Below are positions 1 to 12,150 of a DNA stretch of 64,000 nucleotides, one piece after another. Below the pieces are notes generated by a model that was not told the DNA's origin, did no database searches, and saw only the letters and a list, made by a program, of their open reading frames with translations. The stretch is from assembly GCA_963575745.1 (NCBI GenBank), contig CAUYUJ010000136.1, forward strand, positions 1 through 64,000. The letters are read 5' to 3'. Position 1 is the first letter of the stretch; every line of letters begins with the position of its first letter. The position numbers and the translations under genes were made by a program. This DNA comes from Prorocentrum cordatum. Taxonomy: Eukaryota.

Positions 1-210
1 CCGGACGGCCAGCCCGACGGCCAGCCCTACAGCCAGCCCCCCTGCCAGCCCCACGGCCAGCCCGACCGCCAGCCCCGCGGTCAAACCGATTGCCAGGCCC
101 GCGACCAGTTCGACGCCCTTTCTAACACTCTACCTGAGGCCCTCCCTGACGCCGAGTCCCACGGCCAGCCCCACGGCCAGCCCGACGGCCAACCCGACGG
201 CCAGCCCGAC
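1..210. repeat. 12-bp tandem minisatellite (CCAGCCCCACGG-like), two short runs
   Basis: Repeated ccagcccgacgg/ccagccccacgg units at ~1-100 and ~155-210. Confidence 0.8.
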
Positions 211-761
211 AGTGAAGCCACCCTCCAGACGGCACTGGGAAGTTCCACAGCGCCCGCGCGTCAGCCCTCCCCTGACGAGTGGGACAACGCAGCTATCCTC
301 AAGCTGGTTTCGAGGAGCCCTTTCGCTCCTATTTGTCCTCCTTCCCCTGCCAGCGACTCGAGCGTTTCCCCTGAGACTGACTTTTCTCTTCCCTCCCTGC
401 CCTTGGTTCCTCGAGACACGACCCCTGTGAACACCCAGCCGCCTCGGATTCCAACAGACTCTCCGGCGGTCAGTCGCCTCCACTGGGCAGAGTGTGAAGA
501 TAGTCGCGAGTCGCAGGAGGAAGGGGGGCCCACCGCTGTGGAGGAGGGGGACAACAGAGAGGAGTCTGCCGACCGTCCTACACAACCCGCCCGTAACGCG
601 ACCAGACCACCCAGCCGCCTTGGATTCCAAGAGACTCCGCGATGGTGGTTCGCGCGCGCTAGGAAAATTGCGACTGGGGCCCCCAGCCGTCACCCGCCGC
701 TGACTCCTCCAGCCGATGGCGACCCATTATCCGAACTGCTCTGGCCCAGCCGTCCCCGTAC

Positions 762-1457
762 GTGCCGCCTGCCAGTGGAAACGGGGCAGGCCTGGTAGCA
801 TCGCTCACCATGCCCTCGCCCCCCGATGCGAGCGGGCCTTGTACGAACGCAGAGCTGGGCGCGGGCCACGCGGCGGAGCAGTCGCCTGACGAGTCTGCCT
901 CGGGGGACGGCGCGCTCGCGGACGACCCGCCGGCCTTCGTGGAGCGGGTCAGGGCGTGGCAGAGGACGGGGGGGGCACTCCAGTGGCGTGACTTCTGTCG
1001 CGCCAACAGGGCGATGGTGGGCCCTGGCACCTACGATCCCGTGCGCCACGAGCCCGACGTCTTCCGCCGGTTCGTGGCGCTCACGGGGAAACGCCCAGAC
1101 TTCCACGACTATTTCGATCTGGCCCTCGCCACGACGAGCCGCCGTTCGCTTAACGAGCGCGTTCGGGGCGTCATTCGCTCGTCCCCGGAAAGCCTTGCAC
1201 AGTGGGAGTGGCGCAGTATCGACTACAGGGAGCCCGGCAAAGGCAGAGTACAGCCCTACATTGTACCCATGTACGTCATCGTCGCGTTCATGCGTGCTCG
1301 CGCCGGGCACGAGAGGACGTCGGTCCACGTTCCCGCGGGCGCGGCAGCGCACTTGGGCTCCCACCTAGGCTGGCCCGCTCCACTTGAGGCCTGGAGTGCC
1401 TGCCACGGCCCTGCTGTACCAGGACGTACAGAGGAAAAAATAGGTCGCCAAGGGTGA
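762..1457 (+). CDS. Hypothetical protein or fragment with two copies of a short ERVR..W..(F)..(D/Q)P..F motif
   Basis: Non-low-complexity ORF containing FVERVRAWQR..QWRDFC..YDPVRHEPDVFRRFV followed by LNERVRGVIR..QWEW..VQPYIVPMYVIVAFM. Start codon and expression are uncertain. Confidence 0.35.
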   Translation: MPPASGNGAGLVASLTMPSPPDASGPCTNAELGAGHAAEQSPDESASGDGALADDPPAFVERVRAWQRTGGALQWRDFCRANRAMVGPGTYDPVRHEPDVFRRFVALTGKRPDFHDYFDLALATTSRRSLNERVRGVIRSSPESLAQWEWRSIDYREPGKGRVQPYIVPMYVIVAFMRARAGHERTSVHVPAGAAAHLGSHLGWPAPLEAWSACHGPAVPGRTEEKIGRQG

Positions 1458-1749
1458 CGGGTGCGAAAAGGAACAGGCGCGCAGCTCCGGGTACCGCGAC
1501 ACTTGGACTGGAAAGTGCCCGCGGCGCTTACCAGCCGGCGACCTGGCCCCTTCGCCCTATGGCAGCACGACGCAACACGCCTCCGCACTCCCACCACCTG
1601 TGCTCCCGTCTTTCCCGTGTCCTCCCCCCCCTCTCCTGCCTTTGCCTGATCTGGGACCTTGTGTCCCACCTGTATTCATCGGGGGCCGTTCTCCCTGTGC
1701 GCGCCTGCGATGCGGACTGGCGCGACGACGACTGGGGGGGCGTCGGCGG

Positions 1750-4700
1750 AAGGTGCGACCGAGAGCAGCGCCGCGGGCATGACGAGTACGACCAGTACCA
1801 GAGGCCCCGCCACGCCCAGCACGTCGGTGAGCAGTACGACCGAGAGCAGCACCACGAGTATGACGAGTGCGACCTGCACCAGCGGCGCCACCACCCCCAG
1901 CATGTCAGCGAGCAGTGCGACCGAGAGCAGCACTACGAGTATGACGGGTGCGACCGGCACCAGTGGCTCCACTTCGCCCATGTCGACGGCGAGCACTACG
2001 ATCGATAGCAGCACCACGAGTATGACGATGATGACGGACGCCAGCGGCACCACTACTGCCAGCGCGTCTGAGAGCAGTGCGAGCGAGAGCAGCACCGCGA
2101 GTATGACGAGTGCGACCGGTACCAACGGCACCACTACGCCCAACACGTCTGCGAACAGTGCAACCGAGAGCAGCATTGCGAGCATCTCGAGAACGACCGG
2201 TACTAGCGGCACCCCCGCGCCCTGCACGTCGGCGAGCAGTGCGACCGGGAGCAGCACCGCATGCATCACAATTTCGCCCGGCACCTGCGGCACCACGACG
2301 CCAAGCACGTCGGCGAGCAGTGCGACCGAGAGCAGCACCACGGGTAGGGCGGTTCGACTGGTATCAGCAGCGCCACTACTCTCAGAACGTCGGCGAGCGG
2401 TACTACCGTGAGCGGCGCCACGGGTAAGACGACTATGACCGCTACCAGCAGCACCACTGCGCCCAGCAAGTTGGGGAGTAGTGCGACCTAGAGCTGCGCC
2501 GCGAGTGTGGCGAGTGCGACTGGTGCCAGTGGCGCCGCTGCGCCCAGCGCGTCGACGAACAGCACGACCGAGAGCAGCACCACGAGCATGACGAGTACGA
2601 CATGTACTAGCGGCTCCACTACGCCCAGCACGCCGGCGAGCAGTACAATTGGAAGCAGCAGAACGAGTATGACGAATACTATCGCACCTGCATCTCCACT
2701 ACGCCCAGCACGTCGGAGAGTAGTGCGACCGAGAGCAGCGCCACGAGCATGACGAGTACGACTGGTACCAGTGGCGCCACTGCGTCCAGCACGGTGGAGA
2801 GTAGTACGACCGAGAGCAGCACCGCGAGTACGACGAGTACGACCGGTATCAGTGGCACCACTACGCCCAGCACGTCGGCGAGCAGTGCGACCGAATGCAG
2901 CGCCACGGCTACGACGAGCACGACCGCTACTAGCATAACCACTACGCCCAGTACGTCGGAGAGTAGTACGACCGAGAGCTCAAAGAGAGTACGACGGGTA
3001 CTAGCGGCACCAGTGCGCCCAGCGCGTCGGCGAGGAGTGCGACCGAAGGCAGCACCACGAGCATGACGAGTGCGACGGGCACCAGCGGCACCACTCCGTT
3101 CAGCTTGTCGGCGAGCAGTACGACCGAGAGCAGCACCGCGAGTGCGACGAGTACGACCGCTACCAGCGGCACAACTACGCCCAGCACAACGGATACGACC
3201 GAGGGCAGCCCATGAGTATGACGAGTGAGACGGATACCAGCGGCACCACTACGCCCAGCACGACGGCGAGCAGTGCAACGGTGAACAGCACCGCAAGTCT
3301 GGTGAGCGTGACTGGCACCAGCAGCTCCATTGCGCTCAGCGCATCGGAGAGTCCTGAGAGCAGGACCACGTGAATGAGCACGACCGGCGCCGGCGGCTCT
3401 ACGCCCAGCACGTCGGCGAGGAATGCGACCGAGAGCAGCGCCACCAGTGTGACGAGCGCGGCCTCTACCACCAGCACCGCTACGCCCAGCATGTCAGCGG
3501 GCAGTGCGACCAAAAGCAGCACTACGGGTGTGACAAGCGCGACCGATACCAGCAGCATTGCTACGCCTAGCATGTCGGTGAGCAGTACGACCTAGAGCAT
3601 TACCACAGATGTGACGATCGCGACTGGTGCCGGCAGCGCCGCGACGCCCAGCGCATCGGCGAGCGGTTCGACTGAAAACAGCACCACGAGTGTGGCGAGC
3701 GCGGCCGGTACCAGCAGCACCGCCACGCCCAGCACGTCGGCGAACAGAGCGTCCGAGAGCAGCACCACAAGTATGATGAGCACGACCGGTACCAGTGGCA
3801 CCACTACGCCCAGCACGTCGGCGAGCAGTGCGACCGAGAGCAGCACCACCAACGTGACTAGCGCGACCGCTACCAGCAGCACCACCAAGCCCAGCACGTC
3901 GGCGTGCAGTGCGACCGGGAGCGGCACCGCGGATATGACGAGCGCGACCGATGCCAGCAGCGCTACTACGCCCAGCAGGTCGGCGAGCAGTGCGACCGGG
4001 AGCAGCGCCGCGGGCGGGGCGAGCGCGACCGGTGCCAACAGCGCCACTGCACCCAGCACAGCGGCGAGCAGTACGACCGAGAGCAACCCTACGAGTGTGG
4101 CAAGCGCGACTGGTACCAGCAGCACCACTACGCCCAGCACGTCGGAGAGTGCGACCGAAAGCAGCACCACGAGTATGACAAGTACGACCGGTACCAGCGA
4201 CACCACTACGCTCATCACGTCGGGGAGCAGTGCGACCAAGAGCAGCTCCACGAGTATGGCGAGCGCGAACTCTACCAGCAGCACCACTACGCCCACCACG
4301 TCGGCGAGCGGTGCCACCGAGAGCAGCGCCATAGGTGCGACGAGCGCGATCGCTAACAGCAGCACCACTACGCCCTGCGCGTCGGCAAGCAATGCGACCG
4401 AGAGCAACATCACGGGTGTGGCGGGCACGACCTGTGCCAGCAGCACCACTGCGCCCAGCGCGTCTGAGAGCAGTGCGACCGAGAGCAGCCCACGAGTGTG
4501 ATGAGCGCAGCCGGTACCAGCAGCACCAAGCCCAGCACATCAGAGAATAGTACGACCGAGAGCAGCACCACGCGTGCGACGAGTACGATCGCCACCGTCA
4601 GCACCACTACGCCTAACGCGTCGGCGAGCAGTGCGACCGAGAGCAAAACCACCAGTGTAAGAAGCACGGTTGGTACCAGCGGCATCACTACCCCCAGCAC

Positions 4701-5131
4701 GCCGACGAGCAGTGCGACCGAGAGCAACACTGCGAGGGTGACGCGCATGACCCGTGCTTGCAGCACCACCGGCACGTCGGCGAGCAACGCGACCGAGAGC
4801 AGCACCGCCAATGTGACGGGCGCGGCCGATACCCGCAGTACCACTACGCCCAGCACGTGGGGGAACGGTACGGCCGAGAGCAGGGTCACTAGTGTGACGA
4901 GCAGGACCAATACCAGCAGCACTAGTATGCCCAGCACGTCGGATAGCAGCACGATCGAGAGCAGCACCACGAGTATGACAAGCACGACCGGGACCAGTGG
5001 CACCACTACGCCCAGCACGTCGGTGAGCAATGCGACCGTGAGAAGCACCACGAGTGGGGCGAGCACGACCCGCACCTGCAAAACCACTGCGCCCAGCACG
5101 TCGGCGAGCAGTACAACCGAGAGCAGCACCA
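1750..5131 (+). repeat. Degenerate 81-bp tandem array (~40 units) translating as mucin-like Ser/Thr repeat SSATESSTTSMTSATGTSGTTTPSTSA; broken by stops and frameshifts
   Basis: cgagagcagc recurs with 81-nt spacing (1841, 1922). ORFs 1659-2411, 2507, 2749, 3374, 3611-4501 and 4498-5364 all give the same 27-aa unit in shifting frames. Confidence 0.85.
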
Positions 5132-5321
5132 CGTGTGTTACGGGCATGGGCCCCCGTCCCCGACCCACTCCCCTCCTGACGCCCGACTGGGGGCCGCGTG
5201 TCCCTCTCCCCCCTTTTACCCCTCGCCCTTGTGGCGCCCGCTGTCCATGCGCTGGCATTCACCTGTTCACCTGGGCCCCGTCCTCTCCTCCTCCTCCTCC
5301 TCTCCCTCTCTCCCGTTTCCT

Positions 5322-5540
5322 GATCTGGGACTCTGTGTCCTACCTGTATGCAGCGGCTGATTGAGATTCACTGACCTGGGACTCTGCCTCCCCCCTGCGC
5401 CCATCGGCTGATTCCAAAGGATCTGGGACTCTGTGTCCTACCTGTGCCCATCGGCTGAGCGTGATTCGAGGATCTGGGACACTGTGTCCCCCTGTACCCA
5501 TCGGCTGGACATGATTCGAGGATCTGGGACTCTGTGCCCC
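5322..5540. repeat. ~50-bp tandem repeat (GATCTGGGACTCTGTGTCC...ATCGGCTGA), about 5 copies; one further copy at 1648-1682
   Basis: gatctgggac/gacctgggac at 5322, ~5373, ~5420, ~5471, 5521 and 1648. Confidence 0.8.
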
Positions 5541-6359
5541 CTCCTGTTCTGAGCTGCGACGCATTGGTACGACAGCGACGTGCGTGACACGCCCGCGCTG
5601 GGGCCTCGGGTCTTACCTGTGCACATTGGGGCGTGTCCCCACGCGGGCACCTCGGTGCGCCCTGGCGGGGCTCCGGCTGGCGTGGGACGCTGGCCTCTCT
5701 CCTCCCTGTCCGCTTTTTCCCTCCCCGCTCGCTTTCCCCCCCTCCCACGGCGGCAGCGCCCAGCGCAGCGCGGCTCCGGCCCGGTGCTGGCGCTGCACCT
5801 TGCCGCCTCGGCGGCCCCGCTCACCCTGGGCAGCGCGGCTCCGGCCCGGCCTGCGGCAGGCGGACACAGTCGGCTTTCACGCCGAACCTCGTGGCTGCTA
5901 CCTGGACGTGGATTGGATTACCACCCCAGGCCGCTACTGACCACCCGGTGGCACAACGTTGCACATCGACTTCGTGGTCATCCTCATCTTCTAGGCCTCT
6001 CCTTACCAGTCGGTGGCACCTGGTGCACTTCGCCTACCTGGTCTTCCTGTACCTCACGGACGTTGACATGGTCACGCCCCTCCCCACGCAGCACTCGAGG
6101 GTGGTGTTCCTGGCGCGCCGTTGACGGCGACGCCAATGCACTCTCCCCCCGGGACTTCGCCCCCCGCTCCTGTCCATGGCGTACCTTTTCATGTGCAAGA
6201 TATTCGGCGCCGCCTGCAGTCCGCGCCTTCCGGCCGCCTGAGGCCCCGCCCGCCCGCGCCCTGTCTCCCCGATTGGGGCTACTCGCGCCCCGTTTAGCTT
6301 TTGACCGGAAGGGGCCCGCTCCCGACCCGCAGACCAAACAAATTGTGCAGATTCAGATT

Positions 6360-8608
6360 CATCTTGGAACCATCTTGTGCCGTCTTACTGGCTTCTTCGG
6401 CGGATTGGGATGCAACTTGGGCCATCGTGGGCCATCGTGGATGCCATCTTGGGCCAACGTGACCATTTCAGAAGCCATCTTGAGCCGTCTTGGATTTTTT
6501 TTGCGGACGTTGTTGTCGTTTGCGCTTTTTCTTGGTGGCCGGCGGGGCGGACCAAAGCGTCAGGGGAAGAGCCAAAACCAAAAACGGTAGCATCTAGCAC
6601 GCCAGGCACCCCTGTGATTAATCAACAGGGGGCGGCGGATCGAAGACGTCTACGGTGAATCACCGCCGCCCCCTGCCTTTTTGGAAGCGCCTCTGTGGCT
6701 GACAGCTGGGCCAAAGCTTGGCCAAGCCATCGGGCCAGTTGTTCCCCGAATCGGTTTGGAAAGACTTCGGGGAACGCGTGGGGGAGCAAGACGAGGAGGA
6801 GGGGGAGGATGAGGAAAAAAAAGGAGGAGGAAGAGGAGGAGTAGGGGGAGGAGGCCTCTCGGGCACCTCTTGGGGCACTCTTGGGGCCTCCTGGGAGCTC
6901 CTTGGGGGCCTCTTGGAGGGTTTTGGGGGGCCTTTGGGGGCTTCTTGGGGGCCTCTTTGGCCGTCTTGGGGCGTTCCTGGCTTGTCTGACGCTGTCGGAA
7001 GCCGTCTTGGGGGCCTGTCTGGGTCGTCTTGGGGCCCTCTTGGGACATATCAGGGGTTCTGAGAGGCCATCTTGGGCGTCTTGGAGGCCCCTTGGGCCGT
7101 TTTGGAGCCCTCTTGGGGCCGTCTTGGGGGCTACTTGGGGCGTCATGTGGCCATCTTGGAGGCCTCGTGGGCGATCTTGGGGGCCTCTTGCGTCGTCTTG
7201 AGCCGTCGGAATGCCGAGAAGAAGCAAACGCAACAATCCTTCAACAACCGAAAACACATCAATGATTTTGGCGTCTTCGGGCCCTCCTGGAACACCTCCT
7301 GGAGGCCTTTTGGTCGTCTTGGAGGCCTCTTGGGGGCCCTTGGGCTGTCATGGGCCATCTTGAGGCCATCTCAGGCCGTGTCGGGTGCATCTTGGACCGT
7401 CTTGGAGGCATCTTGGGGCCCTCTTAGCCGTCTTGGAGGCCATTGTGGCCGGTTTGGACGCCTCTTGGGCCCTCTGGGGCCGTCTTGGGGGCCTCTTGGG
7501 CCGTGATGAGGCCATCTTGGAGGCCTCGTGGGCGATCCTGGGGGTTGATCGGGCCGTCTTGAGCCGTCGGAATGCCGAAAAGAAGCAATTGCAAACATCC
7601 TTCAACAACCTAAGGGAAATCAATCATTTTGGCCTCTTCGGGCCCTCCTTCAGGACCTCTTGGAGGCCTCTTGGGCCGTCTTGGAGGCCTCTTGGGGGCC
7701 CCTTGGGCTGTCTTGGGCCATCTTGAGGCCATCTTAGGCCAACTTGGGTGCATCTTGGGCCGTCTTGGAGGCATCTTGGGGCCATCTTAGCCGTCTTGGA
7801 GGCCATTATGGCCGTCTTGGAGGCCTCTCGGGCGGTCTTGGGGCCCTCTTGGGAGCATCTAGGGAGCCTCTTGGGCTGTCATGGGGCCATCTTGGAGGCC
7901 TCGTGGGCGATCTTGGGGTGATCTTGGGGGCGGCCTGGGCCGTCTTGGGCCATCGGAAAGCCGATAAGGCGCAAATATCAAAATCCTTCAAAAACGTAAG
8001 GAAGATAAATGATTTTGCCCTTTTCGGGCCCTCCTGGAGGACCTCTTGGACGCCTTTTGGGCCGTCTTGGAGGCCTCTTGGGGGCCTCTTGGGCTGTCTT
8101 GGCCATCTTGAGGCCATCTCAGGCCGTGTTGGGTGCATCTTGGGCCGTCTTGGAGGCCCAAGATGCACCCAAGACGGCCTGAGGGGCCTCTATATGGCCG
8201 ATGCATCATGCCCTCTTGGCGCCCATGATGCACCCAAGATGCATCATGGGCGTCCAAGACGTTTGCATACGCGACCACGAGTCGCTCCGCAGGCCTCCAG
8301 AAGCAAAAACCGTCCCATTCCCTTTTCAGCATATTTGCTTCCTGGGTTTCCACGAGGCCCACAACGGCCCAGTAAACCTCCAAGATTCACCTCTGGCACC
8401 CCAAGAGACTCTCCAAAAGGCTCCACGCCGGCCTCCGGGCGCCCCACGAAGGCCCCAGAAACCATAGCAACGGCCTGGGGGAACGGCAGGACGGTCCTAA
8501 GAGGGTTCCAAATGTCTAGAGGGGTTTCACAGGCTGTCCGGACAGGCCACGCGGGGGACGATTGCTGCCGCCCCAAGGGGTCGGCGGTGTGGCGTAAGCC
8601 AATGAATC
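6360..8608. mobile_element. Cluster of non-coding CTTGG/CCAAG-rich elements with GATY hairpin ends, including ~360-bp internal tandem units and an inversion point at ~8150
   Basis: Right-end hairpin at 6598-6641 shares GATC with the next left end. A block ccgtcggaatgccga..atccttcaacaacc recurs at ~7203, ~7564 and ~7950. Orientation flips from cttgg to ccaag at 8118-8183. Confidence 0.6.
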
Positions 8609-10765
8609 CACGTCCGGAAGTGACGTGCTGAGCAGCAGCGTTTTCCGCGGATGCTGTAATGCAGTGGATCCAATGTGTCCAATGTTTGCATAATTCCCAC
8701 ATGCTGTATTGTGTTACGTTATTATGTCTCCCCCCCTAACCCCCCCCTGCAGTCGCGCCACATGAACGGACCAAGATGGCCCCCCCCTTCCGGGGACATA
8801 AAAACCGACAAAAACTTCTGACAAATCGATACATTCGACCTCTTGGGCCTCTTAGGGCTCCAAGAGGGCCTCAAGATGGCCCAAGATGACCCCAAGACGG
8901 CCCAAGACGGCCCCAAGACGGCCCAAGATATTCCCAACGGGGGCCCATGAGGCCCCCAAGACGGCCCCAGAAGCTCCAAGGACGGCCCAAGAGGGCTCCA
9001 AGAGCGCCCACAACTGCCTTCCAGAGGCCGAAATCATTGATTTTCCGATGGTTTTTGCAATATTTTAGCGTTCTCGTCTTTTTCGACTTTCACAAATCCA
9101 TGACGGCCCAAGCAGCTTCCAGAATCGCCCCAGAACAAACCAAAAAGCCCCCAAGAGGGCTCCAAGACGGCCCAGGAGGGCCCCAAAACGGCCCAAAGAG
9201 GCCCCCAAGACGGTCCAAGAGGCCGCGAAGACGGCCCTAGAGGACCCCAAGAGGGCTCCAATGCGGCCGCGAGAGGCCCCCAGGACAGCCTCCGAGGGGG
9301 CGAAACAGCGCAAAAGCGCCAGTACGGCCGAAGACGCCCCGAAGAGGCCCCAAGAAGCCCCCCAGAAGCTTCCAAAAGGCCCCCAAAAAGCCCCCCAAAG
9401 GCCACACAGCGACTGGAGTGTAATGTCATTTTCCCACCTCTGGGCGAACTGCGGCGCAGCGCCAGCCAGGTGGAAGTTGGTCACTGCGGCGCCCATGATT
9501 AGAGCCGGCGCTGGAAGGGAAGATGGGGAGTGTGTATGAAAAGGAGGGGGGAAAGGCCCCAAAGAAGCTCCCAGGAGGCCTCCAGGGGGCCCCCAAGAGG
9601 CTCCCGAGAGGCCCCGCGACGACGTGACTGTACGTGCTCCGGACGTGCACCCCGCGAAGCGAGAGGAATCCACGTCCGGAAGTGACGTGCTGAGCGGCAG
9701 CGTTTTCCGCGGATGCTGTAATGCAGTGGATCCAATGTGTCCAATGTTTGCATAATTCCCACATTCTGTATTGTGTTACATTATTATGTCTCCCCCTAAC
9801 CCCCCCTGGGAGCTGCGCCACAGGAACGGACCAAAGTGGCCCCTCCCTCCCGGGGCCCCAAAAACCTACCAAAGACTATAGAAAATCTATGATTTCGACC
9901 TCTTGGGCCTCTTGGGGGGCCAAGAGGGCGCCAAGACGGCTCAAGATGGGTTCTGTGTGGGCCAAGACGGCCCCGAGACGGTCCAAGATGGCCCCACGAG
10001 GGCACCCCAAACCCCAATGACGGCCCAAGAGGGCCCCAAGAGCGCCCACAACTGCGCCTCCAGAGGCCAAAATCATTGATTTCCCTATGGTTTGGTAATA
10101 TTTTAGCGTTCTCGCCTTTGCGGCCCAAGCAGCTTCCGAAATCGTCCCAGAACAACCCAAGAAGCCCCCAAGAGGGCCCCAATACGGCTCAACAGAACCC
10201 CAAGACGGCCCAAAGAGGCCCCCAAGACGGTCCAAGGGGTCCCTATGACGGCCCAAGAGGACCCCAAGACGGCCCCAAGGCGACCGCGAGAGGCCCCCAA
10301 GACGGCCTCCGAAGGGGCGAAACGGCGCCAAAGCGCCCCAAAACGGCCAAAGACGCCCCCAAGAGGCCCCAAGAGGCCCCCAAGAGGCCCCCAAGGGGCC
10401 CCAAAAAGCCCCGAAGAGGCCTCCAAGATGTCTTCAAGAAGCCTCCCAAAGACTCCAAAGAAGCCCCCCAAAGGCCACACAGCGACTGGAGTATAACGTA
10501 ATTTCCCCCCCTGGGCGAACTGCGGCGCAGCGCCAGCCAGGTGGAAGTTGGTCACAGCGACGCCCATGATTAGAGCTGGCGCTGAAGGAAATATGGGGAG
10601 GGAGTATGAAAAGGAGGGAGGGGGGAGAGGCCCCCAAAAAGTCCCCAAGAGGCCCACAGAAGCTTCCAGGAGGCCTCCAGGAGGCCCCCAAGAGGCTCCC
10701 AAGAGGCTCCGCGACGACGTGACTGTACGTGCTCCGGACGTGCACCCCGCGAAGCGAGAGGAATC
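8605..10765 (-). mobile_element. Head-to-tail dimer of a ~1.06-1.1-kb non-autonomous GATT-bounded element
   Basis: Near-identical starts (aatccacgtccggaagtgacgtgctgagc..., 8605 and 9667) and ends (...gtgcaccccgcgaagcgagaggaatc, 9670 and 10765). Units are 1062 and 1095 bp. Confidence 0.75.
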
Positions 10766-10869
10766 ACATGTAAATTGCGCATCCCCACGGGGGGCCGATA
10801 AGTCCGGCCTCAGGGTGGTGGTGGAGTTCATTTTTTAAGAAAGGAGAATTACTTTCTGTTCGCAGTGAG

Positions 10870-11420
10870 TTGTCCACTCCATTGCTCGCGCAATCGTCGC
10901 ACCCACCCGCCCGCAACTTGGTTCGCAAAACCCATGCGGCGGCGATTGCGATGAGTGCTTTGAGTTGGCTGGTGCATCTCCGCGGCCGCGCTAGCCCGCG
11001 CACGCAGCGGCCATATAGTCCAGCACGACTGGCGTGGCCGCTTTTGCGCTGACCGCTGGGAGTTGTCCAGCGGGCACTTCAGTGCGAGTCGGCGACTTGG
11101 GCGGGCGCGGTATCATGGCAACGTCGACAATGGTAGACGCGATGATGATGGTAGCAATGCTGGTGACGATGACGACGCCGATGACGGCAAGGCCAGTGAA
11201 GGCGCCGATGCTGATCACGCCGGCGACGATGACGGCGCCCTCGCGTCGGCGACGCAGGTCCTGGACAAAGTTCCCCATGCGCACGCGGCCGACGCGCGAG
11301 ACTGGCCCGCATGGTATTATTTGAGACGGATAGCCCCGCCCCAGCACGCGCGCAAGGGCGTTCGGATGACTTCGACATGCGCGCGCGAGAGGCCCGTTGG
11401 TAGTATGCTATGAAGATGTG
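10870..11420. repeat. Dispersed repeat, copy 1 (diverged copy at ~17000-17550)
   Basis: Shared blocks cccgcaacttggtt.gcaaaacccatgc, gcggccgcgctagcccgcgca, ggtatcatggcaacgtcgac and cccgcatggt.ttatttga. Confidence 0.75.
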
Positions 11421-11714
11421 GAGGAATCCTACGACTTGGACTTGCGAAGAATTCGCAGGAACGCGGGCGCAGGCATTTGTGAAACATGATGTTGCAGTGC
11501 CATTTCTGGTATGTGTGTTATCGGGAAGTTCGGTTTTGAAATCTCTACGACATTCGGGGTTTTCGACGGATTTCGGTATGCGCCCGCGACGACGCGCGCG
11601 TGTGCATTTCGTCTAGTTTGTTGCAAAGGGTTTTTGCGACGATATGCGCGCGCGACAGGCCCGTTTGGTAGTATTTTTTCATATAAACAATCAATAAAGG
11701 AATACATTTATATT

Positions 11715-11860
11715 ATTTTAAGTTTTTTTTGTTTTCTTTATTATTGTTTCTGTCATTATTTTTATTATTATCGTTATTATTATTAGTATTAGTATTAGTA
11801 GTATTATTAGTATTATTATCATTATTATTATTATTATTAGTAATCTATACATATATAACA
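11715..11860. repeat. AT-rich (TAT/TAG)n microsatellite
   Basis: tattattag/attattatt runs. Confidence 0.85.
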
Positions 11861-12150
11861 CACCCGCAAGAGCGAGAGCGTCCGTTTGTTTCAACATTTT
11901 TGTTGCGATAACATGTGTTTTGATATGTTTTCGGGTTACCTTGCAATCCTCGAACAACCTAGATTTTTTGAACGCTTTCGGCATGCGCGCGCGACGACGC
12001 ACGTGTGTGCACGTCGTCCCGTTTTCGGGAGAAAAGGCTTTTGGAAACTAGTGTTTTTTCATAAACGAATGTGCGCGCATCGTTTTCTTTTTTGGGGGGG
12101 GGGTGCGGAGGATGAGAGGGGGGAACCCTTACAGGTTTGGCTCACACTTC

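Noticed and set aside
5880..6125. Possible upstream RUVBL1 exon or small membrane-protein exon
   Set aside because: No frame matches the expected ..PMVGSEVYS.E segment; it looks like a decayed ~65-bp duplication.
6620..10830. Many overlapping Pro/Arg/Lys- or Leu/Gly/Trp-rich ORFs
   Set aside because: They arise from stop-poor CTTGG/CCAAG minisatellites in several frames at once.
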